Shown one piece after another: positions 12,361-27,097 of a stretch of DNA of 64,000 bases. The position numbers and the translations under genes were made by a program. The DNA comes from Azolla caroliniana (taxonomy: Eukaryota; Plantae; Polypodiophyta): positions 13,702,001 to 13,766,000 of the forward strand of contig JBHGNT010000003.1 of the NCBI GenBank assembly GCA_043228905.1, given 5' to 3'. The notes beneath the pieces are model-generated. The model ran no database searches, was not told the origin of the DNA, and saw nothing but the letters and a program-made list of their open reading frames with translations. The number at the start of each line of letters is the position of its first letter. Position 1 is the first letter of the stretch.

Positions 12361-15300
12361 GCTAAACCATTTTCACGAGACATACCTCAAGCAAATACTC
12401 TGACACCGATGGAGATCGATACCATGCGTCGACGTGGCCAATTATCGGAAGAAGAAAAGCAAGGATGACGTGCAAATCAATTATGTCTTTATTGCGGTGG
12501 ACCAGGGCATATCGCAATCAATTGTCCCCATAGGCCAAGAAGACAGGTAAATCAAATCGTAGCCTATACTAAACCCGAGACAATTCTTCCCTTAGGAGTT
12601 TCTAATAGTATTAATAATACTAATAGAGTCTTTGATAGTATTAATAGTACTAATAGCCCAAGTATCTCAAACAAATTTGAAATCCTTAGTCAATTAGATG
12701 AAGAGTTAAACGATTGAGTCCAGTCAAAATAGGAGCCGTTTGGTTGGACAACCCTAGATCTGTACAACCCATTAGTGGTTCCATTCGGTCCAAGCAAGTT
12801 AGCAATGTGTTCCTAGCCCAAGTCATGGTTAGTACTAAAAGTACTCCCCCGGTACATGTCCTAACACTTCTAGATTCTGGAGCTAATTCCTGTTTCATGG
12901 ATCGAAATTTTGCCCAAGCTTCTTAGATATCCTTAAGAAAACTTCCTTGCCCCGCATCTGTAGTAGTCATTGATGGTCGTCCCATTGCTTCCAGGAATAT
13001 TGTAGAAGAGTCATAACCCATTCGAGTTGTCCTAGGTAGTTTTGTGTGTGTAGTAGCATTTAATATAATTAGTAGTCCAGAGCATCCCATTGTCATGGGA
13101 TTACCTTGGTTTGAATTACATAATCCAAACATAATTGGAGAACAAGAGAAGTCTGACATCGACAACCCCAAGAATCTACTCATCGAGTTTCGACCATTTC
13201 ACTACATCAATTACGCGAAGAAGGACACAAGGAGGCAATGTTCCTATTTGCAATATCAATACATCCTTCTAGCCCTATTAAAGAGGAATCCTTAGTACAA
13301 CTTCTGGCAAAATATCATCCTTATGCCGATGTATTTGACAAGGTAAAAGCTGATACTCTTCCTCATCATCGTCCCTATGATTGTCCCATCGATCTACAAC
13401 CGGGAGCAGAGCCACCATGGGGACCAATTTACAACTTGTCCACCACTGAGTTAGAAGTCCTTCGAGCCTACATAGAGGAGAACTTGGCAAGCGGGTTTAT
13501 TCGGCATTCGAAATCTCCGGCCGGTGCACCCATCTTCTTTGTCAAGAAGAAAGATGGCTCACTTCGTCTCGTCGTTGATTATTGCGGCTTAAATAAAGTA
13601 ACCATCCGGAATAGGTATGCACTTCCTCTTATATCAAGTCTTTTAGAGCGAGTTAATGGTGCCAAGTTTTTTACAAAAATCGATCTACGAGGAGCATATA
13701 ACCTCATGCGCATCCGATCGGGAGACGAATGGAAGACCGCCTTTCGCACGCGGTATGGGCATTTCGAATATACTATTATGCCGTTCGGTCTAACCAATGC
13801 ACCCGCAGTCTTCCAACACATGTCAAATGATATATTCAGAGACCTCTTGGATATCTGTTTGATCATCTATCTAGATGATCTCTTGATTTATTCGAAGACC
13901 CAGGAAGAGCACGATTCTTATGTACTATTAGTACTAAAATGACTCCGCGAGAATGGTCTTTATGCCAAGCTAGAAAAATGTAGCTTTGACTACAAGCAAG
14001 TGGAATTTCTAGGCTACGTCATCTCCTCAAAGAGCATCTCCATGGATCCAGCTAAAGTCCAAACTGTGCTAGAGTGGAAAATTCCACGGTCGGTACGAGA
14101 TGTACAATGTTTTCTAGGTTTTGCTAACTTCTATTGCAATTTTATACAAGATTACTCGAAGATTATTTTACCTCTGACACAACTTACGAAGAAGGGACAA
14201 GCATTTCTTTGGTCCAATGAAGCAGACGTGGCTTTTCGGCATCTTAAGAAAGCCTTTACGTCAGCTCCTATTCTAGCACATGTGGATACAAATAAACCAT
14301 TCATCATGGAGGCCGACGCATCGGATTTCGCCCTCGGTAGCATCCTTTCTCAACACGGAGATAAAGAAGAGTTACATCCTGTGGCTTTCCATTCGCGCAA
14401 ATACGACGCTGCGGAAATCAACTACGAAATACATGACAATGAGTTATTAGCCATCATGGATTCCTTTGTGCAATGGTGGCATTTCTTAGAGGGCTCTCCA
14501 CATCAGGTCATCGTCTTTAGTGATCACAAAAACCTTGCTTATTTTTAGAACGCTCGGGTGCTAAATCGATGGCAAGCTCGGTGGGCTCAATTCCTCACGT
14601 GTTTCGACTTCAAAATCACATATCGACCGGGGAAGCAGCAAGGAAAAGCAGATGCGCTATCCCGGTGTTCATATCTTGCACCTCGTCCTGGTGATCCAAC
14701 ATTTGATAATCAAAAGAAAGTAATCTTGGGACCAACACGATTGCACACAACGCGGATTTTTCATACCCCAATGGATTCCCAGATTACTGATGCCATACGT
14801 GTGAACTTGAAGACAGACAGTTTTGCTCAAGACATTCTGGCGCACATTGATACCTCTTGGGCATCTTATTCCCAGTGTCAGCAACCAGGTATGGACTACC
14901 GACAATTCGAATATCATGACGGTTTGTTATTCTTTAAAAAGCTTGTATATGTCCCTGATTGCTCCTGTCGTCTTCAAATCGTCCAAAGTTATCACGACAC
15001 CCATATGGCGGGACATTTCGGTAGCTCTAAGACGTTGGATCTAGTTCAACGATCCTTTTGGTGGCCCCATATGCGACGTTTTGTCGACGACTACGTTCGG
15101 ACCTGTGATGCTTGCTGCCAAGCAAAGATGCCACGACACCATCCATATGGCTTGTTGGAACCCTTACTGATTCCAAGTAAGCTGTGGCAATCTATTTGTC
15201 TTGATTTTATCACAGATTTTCCAGTCTCGAAGGGGTTCGATGCTATCTTAACCGTCGTCGATCGATATACGAAGATGGCACATTTTGTGCCGTGTACTAA

Positions 15301-16461
15301 GGCCATCACTAACGAGGAAACCGCCGCCCTTGTCATGCGTGAGGTATTTCGGCATCATGGCCTCCCAGATAGTATCATCAGTGACCGAGGACCGCAATTT
15401 TTCTCCAAAGTTTGGCAGCATCTCTTCAAGATGCTGAAGGTCTCTTGCAACCTCTCCTCCGGCCACCATCCTCAAACCAATGGGCAGGCGGAACGAACAA
15501 ACCAAACGCTGGAGCAATATCTCCGGTGTTTCCTGAGTTATCAACAGGACGATTGGGCCGAGATTCTCCACTTTGCGGAGTTTGCGTATAATAATGTTGT
15601 TGTTCACTCCTCCACTCGAGTCTCCCCATTCTACGCTTATACTGATTCTCATCTTCGCTGGTCGGTGATCGACACCCCGGAGCTACCTACCAATCCTCGT
15701 GCCGAGGATCATTTGGAAAGACTACACAAGATACAGATGGATCTCTCCATTCATCTTCGTCATGCTCAACAAACACAGAAGACTTACGCGGATCGTCATC
15801 GGCTTCCCTCCTCTTTTGCCATCGGAGATCAAGTATGGCTTTTACGTCGTCACATCGAGACTACTCGACCATACGACAAGTTGGATTATCGCTGACTCGG
15901 TCCTTTTCGTATTACCGGTACGGTTAATGATGTCACGTTCCGCCTTGATCTTCCTCCGCATCTTCGGATACATCGGGTCTTCCATAGTTCTCTTCTTGAA
16001 CCTTATAAAGCAAACACTCTTCCCGATCGTGTTACACCACCGCCACCCCCGCTTGAGTTCGACGTCGGCCCAAAGTATGAAGTTGATGCCATCCTTGACT
16101 TCAAATTTGTTCGCAACAAACTTTATTATTTGGTCTATTGGCTCAGCTATAGTCCGAGTCAACGTACTTGGCAACCCGCCGAGCATGTCGCCAATGCTCA
16201 AGATCTTCTTCCTGAATTCCATCGAAAGTATCCGAACAAACTCAGTCCGCAATCAGCGCCGACTCGTTCCACTCGTCGCCTTAAGGGGGAGATAGTGTCA
16301 TGATATGGCAAGACTCGAACCCATGACCTTATGTTATATGGGTCGAGCTCTTGACCATTATACCATCTATTGTAATTTGTAGGATATTATTTTCATTCAT
16401 GCTTTATTATAAGAAATTAATGTATATTTCAGATTTCTCTAGAACATTCTAGAAGCTTCAA
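12361..16461 (+). mobile_element. Tcn1-like chromovirus copy A, truncated at both ends (gag end, PR, RT, RNase H, integrase, chromodomain, partial 3' LTR from 16296)
   Basis: [40 protein letters not shown]; PPT AAGGGGGAGATAG; collinear with 32855-38515; multiple stops. Confidence 0.9.
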
Positions 16462-17012
16462 GACCACGGGGGTCTTGGACTAGGGAGTAGCAGAGAAGGA
16501 ATAAGACCCAAAAATGGTAGATTAACTCAAGAGGAGAAGAGGAAGAGTAGCACATAAACATAGAATAGAATAGATGGAGTCAAGATACACCCACAAGACA
16601 AGAATCATCAACATGCTATATTAAGAGTTTACAAAGATTACAACCAAGGCCGTGTAGGCCGCACCTCAAAACAACTACAAGAAAACCCTAACCGGATAAG
16701 TAAGCAAAGAAGCATAGAACTCCTAAAGAAACCCAAGAAGAAAACCTAAAACCGAATAGAACCCCTCGACCTAAGTGGTATACCTCTCTCAATCAAAATA
16801 GATATCATGATATGGCAAGACTCGAACCCATGACCTTATGTTATATGGGTCGAGCTCTTGACCATTATACCATCTATTGTAATTTGTAGAATATTATTTT
16901 CATTCATACTTTATTATAAGAAATTAATGTATATTCCAGATTTCTCTGGAACATTCTAGAAGCTTCAGGATTATTCCTGAAAACACTATAAAAGAAAAGC
17001 ACTAGGCATTAT

Positions 17013-17876
17013 CAAGATTGTTAGGTACGTTAGGTACGGTACGGATACCATACGTATTTAACGTATTAATACCCGTATAGTACCTCCCAATTTAAAAATA
17101 CGTTAAATACGTTTTCTTAATATGTTAAATACTTATGAAATACGTATTTTACGTATAGTACGTTAAATACTTCTAGAATTTGAAAATTATTTACCTTTCT
17201 AAACAATATCTATAATATTGTAAAAAACATCTATGTTTACACAATTTTGTGATGTACAATATAGTTCTACATCCTAAAATGCATATAAGACATTTGAACA
17301 TTTCACATCCTAAAATACTTGTAGTAATATGGATGTCGACATTCCCTTATTCTATAAATCAATGTAAGTGTGTATCACGATGTTATACTTCAAATTGTAA
17401 TTATTTACAATTATGCATTCATAGATTGAGGAATCATCTACGATTATCACGCTCATGATAGGTTTCTCTTTTCTTCGTTTTCTTCTTCTTCTTCTTCTTC
17501 TTCTTCTATCTTCTGCGATTATCACACTCAAGACAAGTTTCTGTCTTCTCTTCTCTCTTCTTCTTCTTCTTCTTCTTCTTCTTCTTCTTCTTCTTCTTCT
17601 TCTTCTTCATCGTCGTCTCTTCTATTCTTCTATTCTTCCTTCCTTTGGCTTCTTTTTCACTAAAATCTTTTTCTTCTTTTGCTTTTTGTTAGTGTTTTAC
17701 TTACATTTTCTTTATAAATACGTATTATACCTGTTTTTTTATAAATACGTTAAATACCGTATTGGAGAAACGTACATGATATTTGACTGAACAACATTGA
17801 GGTATAGTACGTACTATTCAAATGATGAGGTACTATACGTATTTAAACGTTAAATACGGGTATGTAAACAACCATG
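17013..17876. mobile_element. Non-autonomous hAT-type DNA transposon
   Basis: 8-bp TSD GGCATTAT (17005-17012 and 17877-17884); imperfect TIR CAAGATTGTT...AACAACCATG; subterminal TACGT(TAAA) repeats. Confidence 0.85.
17480..17610. repeat. (CTT)n microsatellites
   Basis: Two visible CTT runs inside the hAT element. Confidence 0.95.
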
Positions 17877-18705
17877 GGCATTATGTTGAACCAAATTGGT
17901 TCAACGCCAGTCTTAAGCCTCTTAGCCACTTTGTACTTATCCTTCACATAATATATTAGCTGTTATCATCATCTCTCTCTCTCTCTCTCCTCTTCTCTCT
18001 TTCTCTCTCGGGAATCTTACGTAGTCCCGTCCTCTTAGTACTAATAGTACTTCTCTTCTTTAGTACTAATTCTCTCTCTGGTTTAGTACTATTCCTAACA
18101 ATAAGCAACCTTTTTAACAAGGGACCCCTCCCTCTTTTTATAGATCAAGGAGGGGAGGGCGTTACAATGTGGGATAAATACTCCCCCTTATTCTATACAC
18201 CGTTTCCTACTATACATGTGCATATGTTGCACACCATCGACTTGCTCATTCCACCCCAGTTTCACACTATAGCCGGAAATATTCACGACAACGTTCTACC
18301 AATGAATTGTGGTTTAGATGAATAGATACTAAAATGGTTGTAAAATTATCGATATTAAACAAACATCGAGATCGCTATTTACGTAATAAGTTATGACAGA
18401 AAGGAAATAGATTGACAGAGCGTTTTGTACACAGAGATTTCCTAAACTAACTTTATATTACTAAATAAAACGATGTCTCTTTACACTACCTTCGGTTCCT
18501 TTTATAGGCAATCAGAAGGACTTTCTCATCAAGAAAACATATTGCCAAAAAGGCAAGAACTACAAAATCTATAGCGAACTATAATTTCGGTTTTTGATCT
18601 TTTGCAACAAATGCTAACTCATCGATCCTTTATACCGATTTGACTCCAACTCCGAACCTTCTACATTTCCGACTCCAACACTTCCCCACTTGTCCGGTTA
18701 ACACT

Positions 18706-18720
18706 TGGCACACCCGTGGG
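18706..18720 (+). promoter_or_regulatory. Opposite-strand tRNA-Arg-like PBS at the PPT position of element D
   Basis: TGGCACACCCGTGGG lies 2 nt from the LTR end TTAACA. Confidence 0.65.
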
Positions 18721-18759
18721 CCAGGGCCTTGCCCGACGAACCCATGGTACTCCTTCTAC

Positions 18760-21700
18760 TGTTGTTCCGACGAAAGGTCCTCGTCTAAATCGTCCTCCGT
18801 GTCATCCTGCAGAATATCGAACAATGAAGGTTCCGGTTGGTGTATGTCTTCTTCGTCTTTGTCTTCGGTTTCTGTAAATCTGTTTGTATCTTCAGTCGAT
18901 GGTCTTGGTTTCTCTGTTTCCGGTGCTCTAAGTCGTAGGGTCTAGTTTCGCCTTTTAGATTCAAGGTTATCTAGCTGGACAGTTGTGTCGACATCGTCTT
19001 TGTCGAATTCTTGCATAATTCGACTAACTTCTTCTCGGTGACAAGCTGCTATCTCATATAAGTCTTTAGCAATGTCGTCCGGAACAGTTGATATTGCCTC
19101 TTCTGTCATTTTGAAGAAACCTTGGCCGTGAGCCTTCCTATTGTCTCTGTCGGCCCGTAACAACTGAAGTTCGGTTGCCTGTGCGAACCAGGTTTTCCAG
19201 CCCTTATCGATGGACTCATTCACCATTTTCAAGGTGTTAAGCTTATGGCGTTTTAGGATAGCTCGAATTCTTTCCTCAGTTATACTTGCCTGAAACTATG
19301 TTGCTGCCAATGTTATTATTTCAGCATTATTTTCTCCTTCTGTCTCCAGCAACTTGTTTTGCGCAAGTAATAGGTCAAGTCGCCTTTTTTCAAACACAGC
19401 TTCCACTTTTGAACACCGTCTTTCTAGAGTTGCCCTAGCTGATTCCCATTCTTCCTACTGTTTATTATATTTTTCGTTGATTTCATTCAGCAAGGTGTCT
19501 TTTTCGACCATCTCTTCTGCAAAATATTCTGTTTGTACATTTACATAGTCTTCAAGCTCCTCCACTTGCTCAACGTTTTGGCGCGTGGCTTCCTGTTGCT
19601 GTGCTAACTTTTGGCACAGTTGTTGAATCAATTCATCCTTTGCATCAAGCCATTTTCTGATTTCTGTCTTTGCCAGTTGTATCCGATCCTCCAGTTTCTT
19701 GGATCAGATTTCAGCTTTTTCGGCTCTAGCTTCCACCGCCTTAAATGCTACTTGTACTTGTTGTAGCTTTTGTTGCAATTCTTGATCAGCCTCCAAAGGT
19801 CTGCTTGACTCCTTCTGCAACAGTTCCTCCCTTGTTTTCTGCAGTTGCTCTTCTGCTTGTCGGAGTTGTTCCGTCAACTGCAGGTTTTCAGTTTTCATGT
19901 TTGTACATTGTGCATTTAGCACTTCCAATGCCGCTAATGATTTTTTGTATAAATCAGCCATATCTTTGGCTGCTCAACTAGCCTTTTTATATTCTCGATG
20001 TAATTCTACCAGAGCCTCATGTAATTGTGGCATCTGTATAGCCTCACCCTTGTTTCTCGCACTATGCTATCAGCTGATTCGATCCAATTCATGTTGTTCT
20101 CCCGGCTCAACAGCTCCACTCAATGACTTTTGGATCATTATTTGATCTTGGTGCTCCTGTGCCATTCTTTCCGATACCTGTTGTAATCTTCATGCTAACC
20201 ATTCTACTACCTCATACGATGTTCCGAATTGTAGAATAGCTGCCAGTTCATGTGCCACTGGAGGAATGTTGGCAAAGTCTACTGCTTCTCTCACCGTTGT
20301 TCTTGATGATTGCGCTTTTTGAACTTTGGTCGTGTCATTAGGATTGACCCGAGGTATTTGTGCACTCTGTGTGGCTTGGTCATCGGTTCTTTGTTTCTTC
20401 TTCTACACAGGTTCCTCCTGCTGAGTCTGAGAAAATCGTTGAGATCTTTGTTTCATCCTTCGCGGCCGTTGTGTCGACTATTCAGTTCCGACAAGTGTCG
20501 ATTTTTGTTGTGTTTGTGACTGCAGTGGTGTAGTGGTGTAGTGGTCCTTGGGTCCGGTTGTTGTCCAGATTCTGGCTGCGTGGCCGGTTGTTTTTGAGGT
20601 TGTGGTTGTGGTGAGGCCGGTTGCTTGTCGAGTTCTAATTGAGTGGTGTTTATTAGAAATATTGAGAATCGAGTAGATAGGTATATAGAGTTACAACTGC
20701 AGAGATGGATATATGAAAACAGAATTTCTATTACATATGAGAGTAGTTCAAAATGGTAGTTTTCCCATGCGCTCACACCTTAGAGCTTAGATAGGATATG
20801 GACCGGCTCACTACAAAATTAGTGGGGACTAATGATCAATCTGACCACTGTGTGAGAAAAGTGACTTATAATCTATGTTTGGTCTTAGTATAAATGTGCA
20901 AGTCAGTTGACAGTAGTGGAGATATTCCTTTTCTGTCAACTGACTTGTCATTTAATATGACCCAACTCCCTAGGTACAGGCTAGTGCTAGATAATACTTA
21001 TCTTGAAGTCAATGACGCATACTTCAAGACTAAGTACATCGTAACTTGCCCACAAAATATTCTAGCTGACTTGATTAGCCAATCCTTTTATCTATTTCTC
21101 TCTTTCCTAAATATATTGTGTCCTACGCATCTACGGTTTCCTAGATTAACACCTTATCGACCCATATGGTCGAGTTGCACACTAGCCGCTCCTCATTTGG
21201 GGCGCTATCACAAAATGTGCACTCTAAGAGCACATATGGGGATAGATTTACAACTTGGGGCTGATCATTGATTATATCTAACAGTGTTGACATGTGTGGA
21301 TTCTTCTTCCTGCCACTCTTCTCGTTGCACTTGTCTTCGGGGTCGAGGCGCTTACGGTTGGCTTTCCAATCTCTGAGACGGAAACAATACTGACAACCAA
21401 CGAGCAAATATCGGTTTCATTGGTTTCCCTTGTTGTACCCCATACAGTTGCTCTCGTAGAGCGTCTGCTAACAGCAACCCCCAATCAAAAATTTCACCAT
21501 CGTATGTGGCGATTATGAATCCGGCCCGCTTCTTGGGCATACAATAAAATCGGGGACTTACAAACCCTACTTCCAACAAAAATCTGGCGACTTCATGAAA
21601 AAATTCATCGGCGCCTCCTTGTCCACCTTTTGGAGAATATTCCCTGAAATATGACCTGAGCACATCCTTGTCCATTTTCTGGACAACATCGAAACCTTCT

Positions 21701-22000
21701 CTTTTGAATTCCAAAACAGAATGTACCTTTTTATTGGTGATTTTGGATACATCGATTTGTTGTAGGATCTCTGCAAGCACAAGGGTGAGGTTCTGCCTTT
21801 GCAACTTTGATGAAACCTTGCAAGTTTTTGTTGACGAGCCATTGTCGCAAGTTGTTAGAAACATAAATCGCCATATTGTTGTCGTTGTTTGATGAATCGA
21901 AGTTCTGTGTTGGAGGCGAAGAGAGCTTTAAGCTATGGCGAGGCAGAGCAGAAAACCTTTTAACACGGATACGCTTCTGTCTCTGTGGTGAAACAGACAT
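18760..22000 (-). pseudogene. Disrupted ORF2 of element D (homolog of the 964-aa ORF of element E)
   Basis: MPKKRAGFIIATYDGEIFDWGLLLADAL and ATELQLLRADRDNRK match MPKNRAGMIIATYEGIKVDWPVLIADGL and AAELQLLRADVENRR. Confidence 0.85.
20651..21283. mobile_element. Solo LTR of an unrelated family
   Basis: T(A)TTAGA...TCTAACA termini with 5-bp TSD GTGTT (20646-20650 and 21284-21288). Confidence 0.82.
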
Positions 22001-22230
22001 TGTAGAAATATGTTTTAAGGAAATAACGTGTTGCGTGATGCCTAGTGAATAGAAAAGATACTATTAATGAAAAATTTAGGAATAGCAATAATGAGTGTTA
22101 GTTGCATGACTCCACTACGCCTTTACTTATAGTCTCTCTAAGTCTTTTCCAAGATTTTCTTTTTGACAGTTAGTTGCATCTTCCAAGATTATCTGTAGAT
22201 AGTTTTTTTTTTGTTGTGACGTATGCCACA

Positions 22231-25200
22231 TCACTTTGCATCAGTTTCGAGTTTAAATGGGTTTTCCGGCATTGGCCCGTGATACGGTTTAAGCCGGAAA
22301 CCATTTACCCATTTTGGTAAAATCTCGCCTGATAATGTACCAACTTGATACGTCCCATTCTTGTTGTTTACAATCCAAACTGGTCCTGTCCATCGAAATC
22401 GTAATTTTCTCAGCATTGCCCCCATCTTAGTTTGGAATACTAGTACCGGTTTGTCGATTTCGAACTGTAATTCGTTCTGACGTCTATGACGATTTACAAA
22501 TGCCTTTGTTTGTCTTTGGTTGTGTTCTAAAGCAGACATGGCCTGTATTCGTTCTTCTTCTAACAGCAATAAGGCTTCTTTCCGAATTTGTTCCGACTGC
22601 AGTTCATTTAACTTTTCAGTTTCTTGTATTCAGAATGTCGGAATCTGAAATTCTAATGGCATTACGGCTTCTAATCCGAAAGCCATTCAGAAAGGAGTTG
22701 ATTTAATAGATATTTTATAAGACGTCTGATATGCCCATAAAGCACTCTGAAGCTTTTGATCCCAATCCGTACGATTTTCATTGACTATCTTTTTGAGTAT
22801 TGTTTGCAGTGTTTTATTTGTCGATTCTGCTAATCCATTTGCTTGTGGATAGTAAGGAGTGCTCTTCGTATGAGCCACTGCGTAATATGTGGATAGCTCA
22901 TGTACCATTTTATTAATAAAATGTGTACCTTGATCGCTTACTAATTCTATCGGACACCCAAATCTACACCATATATTTTCGTACAAAATTTTTGTTGTTG
23001 ATGTTGCGTATTGTCCCTGAGAGGTTTAGCTTCTACCCACTTTGTACAGTAATCTATGGCGATGATGATGTAACGATTACCTGTGCGTATGGCTGCTGGT
23101 TTAAATGGCCCGACAAAATCCAATCCCCATTTTTGAAATGGCTCCGAAGGCAAAACAGGTTGGAAATGCATTCTGTCCTTTTCTGTGGGTTGCCCCAGCC
23201 TTTGACATAAATCACATTTTCGACAATAGTCCACTGCATCCTTCGTTACTGCCGGCCACCATAAGCCACTGTTCCATATTTTTCGGGCTGTAGTTTCTCC
23301 GGCATAATGACCACCTACAATACCACAATGAGATTCTCGCAGAATTATCGATTTCTCAATTTGTTGTACTATCCTTCTCCAAATTCCGTCTGCACCTTTA
23401 TGATAGAGAGTATCATTCAAAAAACAAAAATTGCAACTACGAACGGCTAACCATTTTCTTTCATCCGCCGATAGATGCTGTGGTGGTAGGCCTGTTGTAA
23501 GAAAGATTGTCATCTCGGAGATCCAAGCATCCTTGCTTTCCTCATTTATTTCTTGTAACCGTACTGCTTCCACTCGAAAGAGTTGTCCATCTGGAAAATC
23601 GTCTGGCACACCTATGCCTTCTTCTCCCGACTCTAGTCGGCTAAGATAATCAACAATCGCATGTTGTGCTCCTGGCCGATGTAAAATGTCAAACTCGAAT
23701 TCTTGCAGTAGTAATGTCCATCGTGCTAGCTCACTAGTTAATTCTTGTTTAGAGACCAAGTAGAGAAGAGCAGAATGATCGACATGGAATATAAATTTCT
23801 TGCCCAAAAGGTAGTAGCGAAATTTATTAATACTATAAATCATTCCTAACACTTCCCTCTCGGTTGTTGAATAATTTCTTTCCACTGTCGAGAGTTTCCG
23901 ACTTGCATATTACACTGGTCTATACCAGTTTGGTTCAGATAACTACATAAGTGCACTGCCGATTGCTATATCAGATGCATCAACGAACACATGGAAGGGT
24001 TTATTCTAGTTAGTTGGTTGAACCACTGGAACTTTAGATATCATTTTCTTGAGGCACTCGTACGCGTCCTATTCCACACTTGTCCATTGAAAAGGAACTT
24101 TATGCACCGCCGTGTGTAGAGGAATGGCAACTTCCGCAAGATATCTAATCATCCTGTTATGCCATCTAATCTGTCCCAAGAACCGACTAAGGCCCTTAGC
24201 GTTTGTAGGTGCCGGTGCTTCTAATATGGCCTTGACCTTGGCTGGGTCAACTGCAATTCCTTCTTGGCCGACAATATGGCCTAACAGTGCCCCACTAGTA
24301 ACTCCAAACACACATTTTGCTGGATTCAAGCTGAGCCGACCTTTCCGACATTGCTCCAAACATAGTCGTAAATGTTCAAAATGTTCCGATTTCCGACTAT
24401 ACATGGCGAAATTATCCAGGAAAACTTGCATAAATGCGGAACAACTACAATCGGACTCAGCCATGTAGCTTTTTTTACCGATCGAAAAAACCCTACCTTC
24501 AGGATTTTATCTATTTCCTCTTTAACTTTAATTGCATAATTAGGATTTAAACGATACCTACGTTGTTGAACTGGTTTTGCATCTTTATGCAAGTTAATTT
24601 GGTGTTGGTAGAAAGACGGATCTAGCCCTTTCATGTCTTCAAAAGACCAAGCAAAAATACCCTTATATTGCTTTAGTAACCCAAGTAACCTTTGCTTATC
24701 CGCCACTCTCATATCTTTAGCCACCAACACTATTTTCGGTTCGAACCCCTTATCATCTTCTACCAAATTTACTTCCTCCAATGCCGAAGCCTGAATCCGT
24801 TGAGATACCTTCATTTCTCTTTCGGTAGCTTCCTACTGCATTCGGATTTCTTTCATTGTTTGCTCATCTAATGGCAATTCTTCTTGTGAATCCATGTACG
24901 GTGTCAAGGCTTGTAATATGTCTACTTCGAACAAAAGAATAATTTTTGGGTTATCATTAAAATAATGATTCTCTTCGACCTCATCTAGTCCTTCCATCAT
25001 ATTTATGGCCTCCGCATGAATTGGCAAACATTGTTTGCTCGCCGTAACCTTATTATGAGTAGACACCCGAATTTTCGTCTTGCCTTTTCAGAATGTTAAT
25101 AAATTCTGATTCCAATTTTGCTTGATATTAGCAGTTTTTAACCGTGATCGACCTAATAGCAAAGGATATGCCCCAGGAGCTTCCAAATGAAGCACCACTA

Positions 25201-27097
25201 CTGATATTTGAAAAGTGTGACCTCCTAATACAACATCCAATTGCCGCAGTAAACTGATTGGTTGTACCATACTGGTATCGGCCATCCTTAGCCAAAATGG
25301 ACATGCTTCCCATTTGGTAATGCCAAGCCTATCACAAGTAGTTCTATTAATTACATTCACGCTTGAGCCACCATCGACAATAGCACCTTCTATTTCTTGC
25401 CCATGGATTATTACTTTAATAGAAGGATTTTGCTCATCCATAATTGAAGGATTATTACTTTGTTGATTATAGTGAACGGCTACCTGTTCCGTCCCTTTTT
25501 GGGCAATTAACATTGCCACTTTCTCTATATACCTAGGAACTAATTTGAGTAATCCCGTCAAGGGTAATGATACCTGGCAATCCGCCAAAATTTCCCAAGT
25601 TTCTTCTTGTTCTAGTACGGCCATAACTCCGGGCAATTCATTAGCTTGATTGATCTCATTCTCTTGGAGCATTCGGGACACATTATTTTTATTTGCTTCT
25701 TCTACCCATTCCTTGGCTGCTTTCCAAACAACTTCTTGAATTTCCCACTCTAATTGTTTGCTTTTACTTTTGGTCGTCACTTGCTGAATTTCCAGCATGA
25801 CCATGTGCACATCCGGTGTTTTTCCTTTTCCTTTAGACGGACATTGATTTGCATAATGTCCCTCCTGTCGACAAATATAGCAGGTAGGAACAAATGTTCC
25901 ACTCCCTTCGGCTTGCGCAAACTGATGATTTCCATCTTCATTAGAATCTGGGGGTTGTTGAAATTGTCGTGACGCTTTTTGCTTATAGAATTTTTTATTT
26001 TTATAACGATTTTGTTTAAACCGACCTCCATTGTGTTGTTGATAGTTGTTATCTTGTGCCACCGAAAAATCTTGATTCTGTTGATAATTATTTTGTCGAG
26101 CGGTTTCTTGGTACCCATTATTGAATATATGTCGGTTATTCTGGTACCCATTTTCCAGAAAAATTTGCAGTACCGGTGTCGTTGTTTTGTTAAGAAGATT
26201 ATATTCACATTGCTCAACCGAATGAAGTTTAGAATTACATATTGTGCAATGTGTTCATAAACTACATTCTATTGCTGAATGCCCAGTATTCAAACAAGTC
26301 GTACATTGAACTGCTTGCCGAAACTGCAACTCCTCCCGAGTTGGCAACGTATGATGTAATGTCGACATATCCATACTCCTTACATATTTCGAATTCCGGC
26401 CCATAGCGATTGCCTTATCAATCACTTGCTCAATCATCTTATTCCGGAAATCAAACATTGCTAATGTTGTTCGTAATGGTTCACGAATTGCTTCAACGAA
26501 TACATCCTTCAATTCGTTGTCCGGAATAGGCCTAGAAATCTAGAGTTGTAAATTCTGAAAATGGATGACAAATTGAGACGCCGTTTCATGCGGCTCCTGA
26601 TATAACGCATAAATTTGAGCTATCAGACCCTTTTGAGGAATCTGACAATGAAATAATTGCAGAAATTTGGTGTTTAATTGTTCAAATGTTTCGAACGCAC
26701 GGAAACCATTTTGCGCAAACCAATTAGCGGACTGATCATCTAATGACAAAACAAACTCAACAATTTTAGATTTGTCTTCGACTACTACCGATAGCCTCTG
26801 AGCTCCATGATTAATTTCCCATGTTTTCAAGAAATCCCTAACATGCGCTTCTGCATCAACACCTTCCCAAAATTTAGAATACAGGTAAGGCATATTGTCT
26901 TCACTCCAGATATCGTAAAATGATATCTCCTCCTCCTGATTTTCGTCTTACTGGCTATTGGTTAAATCGGGAAGTGTAGACCGCCTTCTACTTGTTTCTG
27001 GTTATAACTCTGCAACCGAATCTTTTTCTAGTGTCTTCGTAATCGAACGTGTATGAGGACGTTTACAACTGACTGGTGTATTTGGACCAGACGACAT
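22231..27097 (-). pseudogene. Disrupted gag-pol of element D
   Basis: CYICRQEGHYANQC, VDGGSS protease, VFLDNF RT with an internal deletion, RNYSTTERE RNase H, FQKWGLDFVGP integrase. Confidence 0.9.

Larger units (their letters stand above)
16803..18100 (+). mobile_element. Solo Tcn1-like LTR interrupted by a hAT element
   Basis: Nearly identical to 16296-16461 at its start; resumes at 17877 and ends CCTAACA; flanks ATAGA/ATAAG are at best a degraded TSD. Confidence 0.85.
10556..18290 (-). mobile_element. LTR element T2, a relative of T1. 3' LTR 10556-11107, internal 11108-12360, 5' LTR pieces about 16462-16802 and 18101-18290
   Basis: LTR ends ...TTCACGACA followed by TCCACCCCCAC as in T1; internal sequence is homologous to 6517-7385; 4-bp TSD ACAT/ACGT. 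Confidence 0.82.

Noticed and set aside
17455-17790. Leu/Phe-rich membrane protein ORF
   Set aside because: It is a translation of the (CTT)n microsatellite inside a hAT element.
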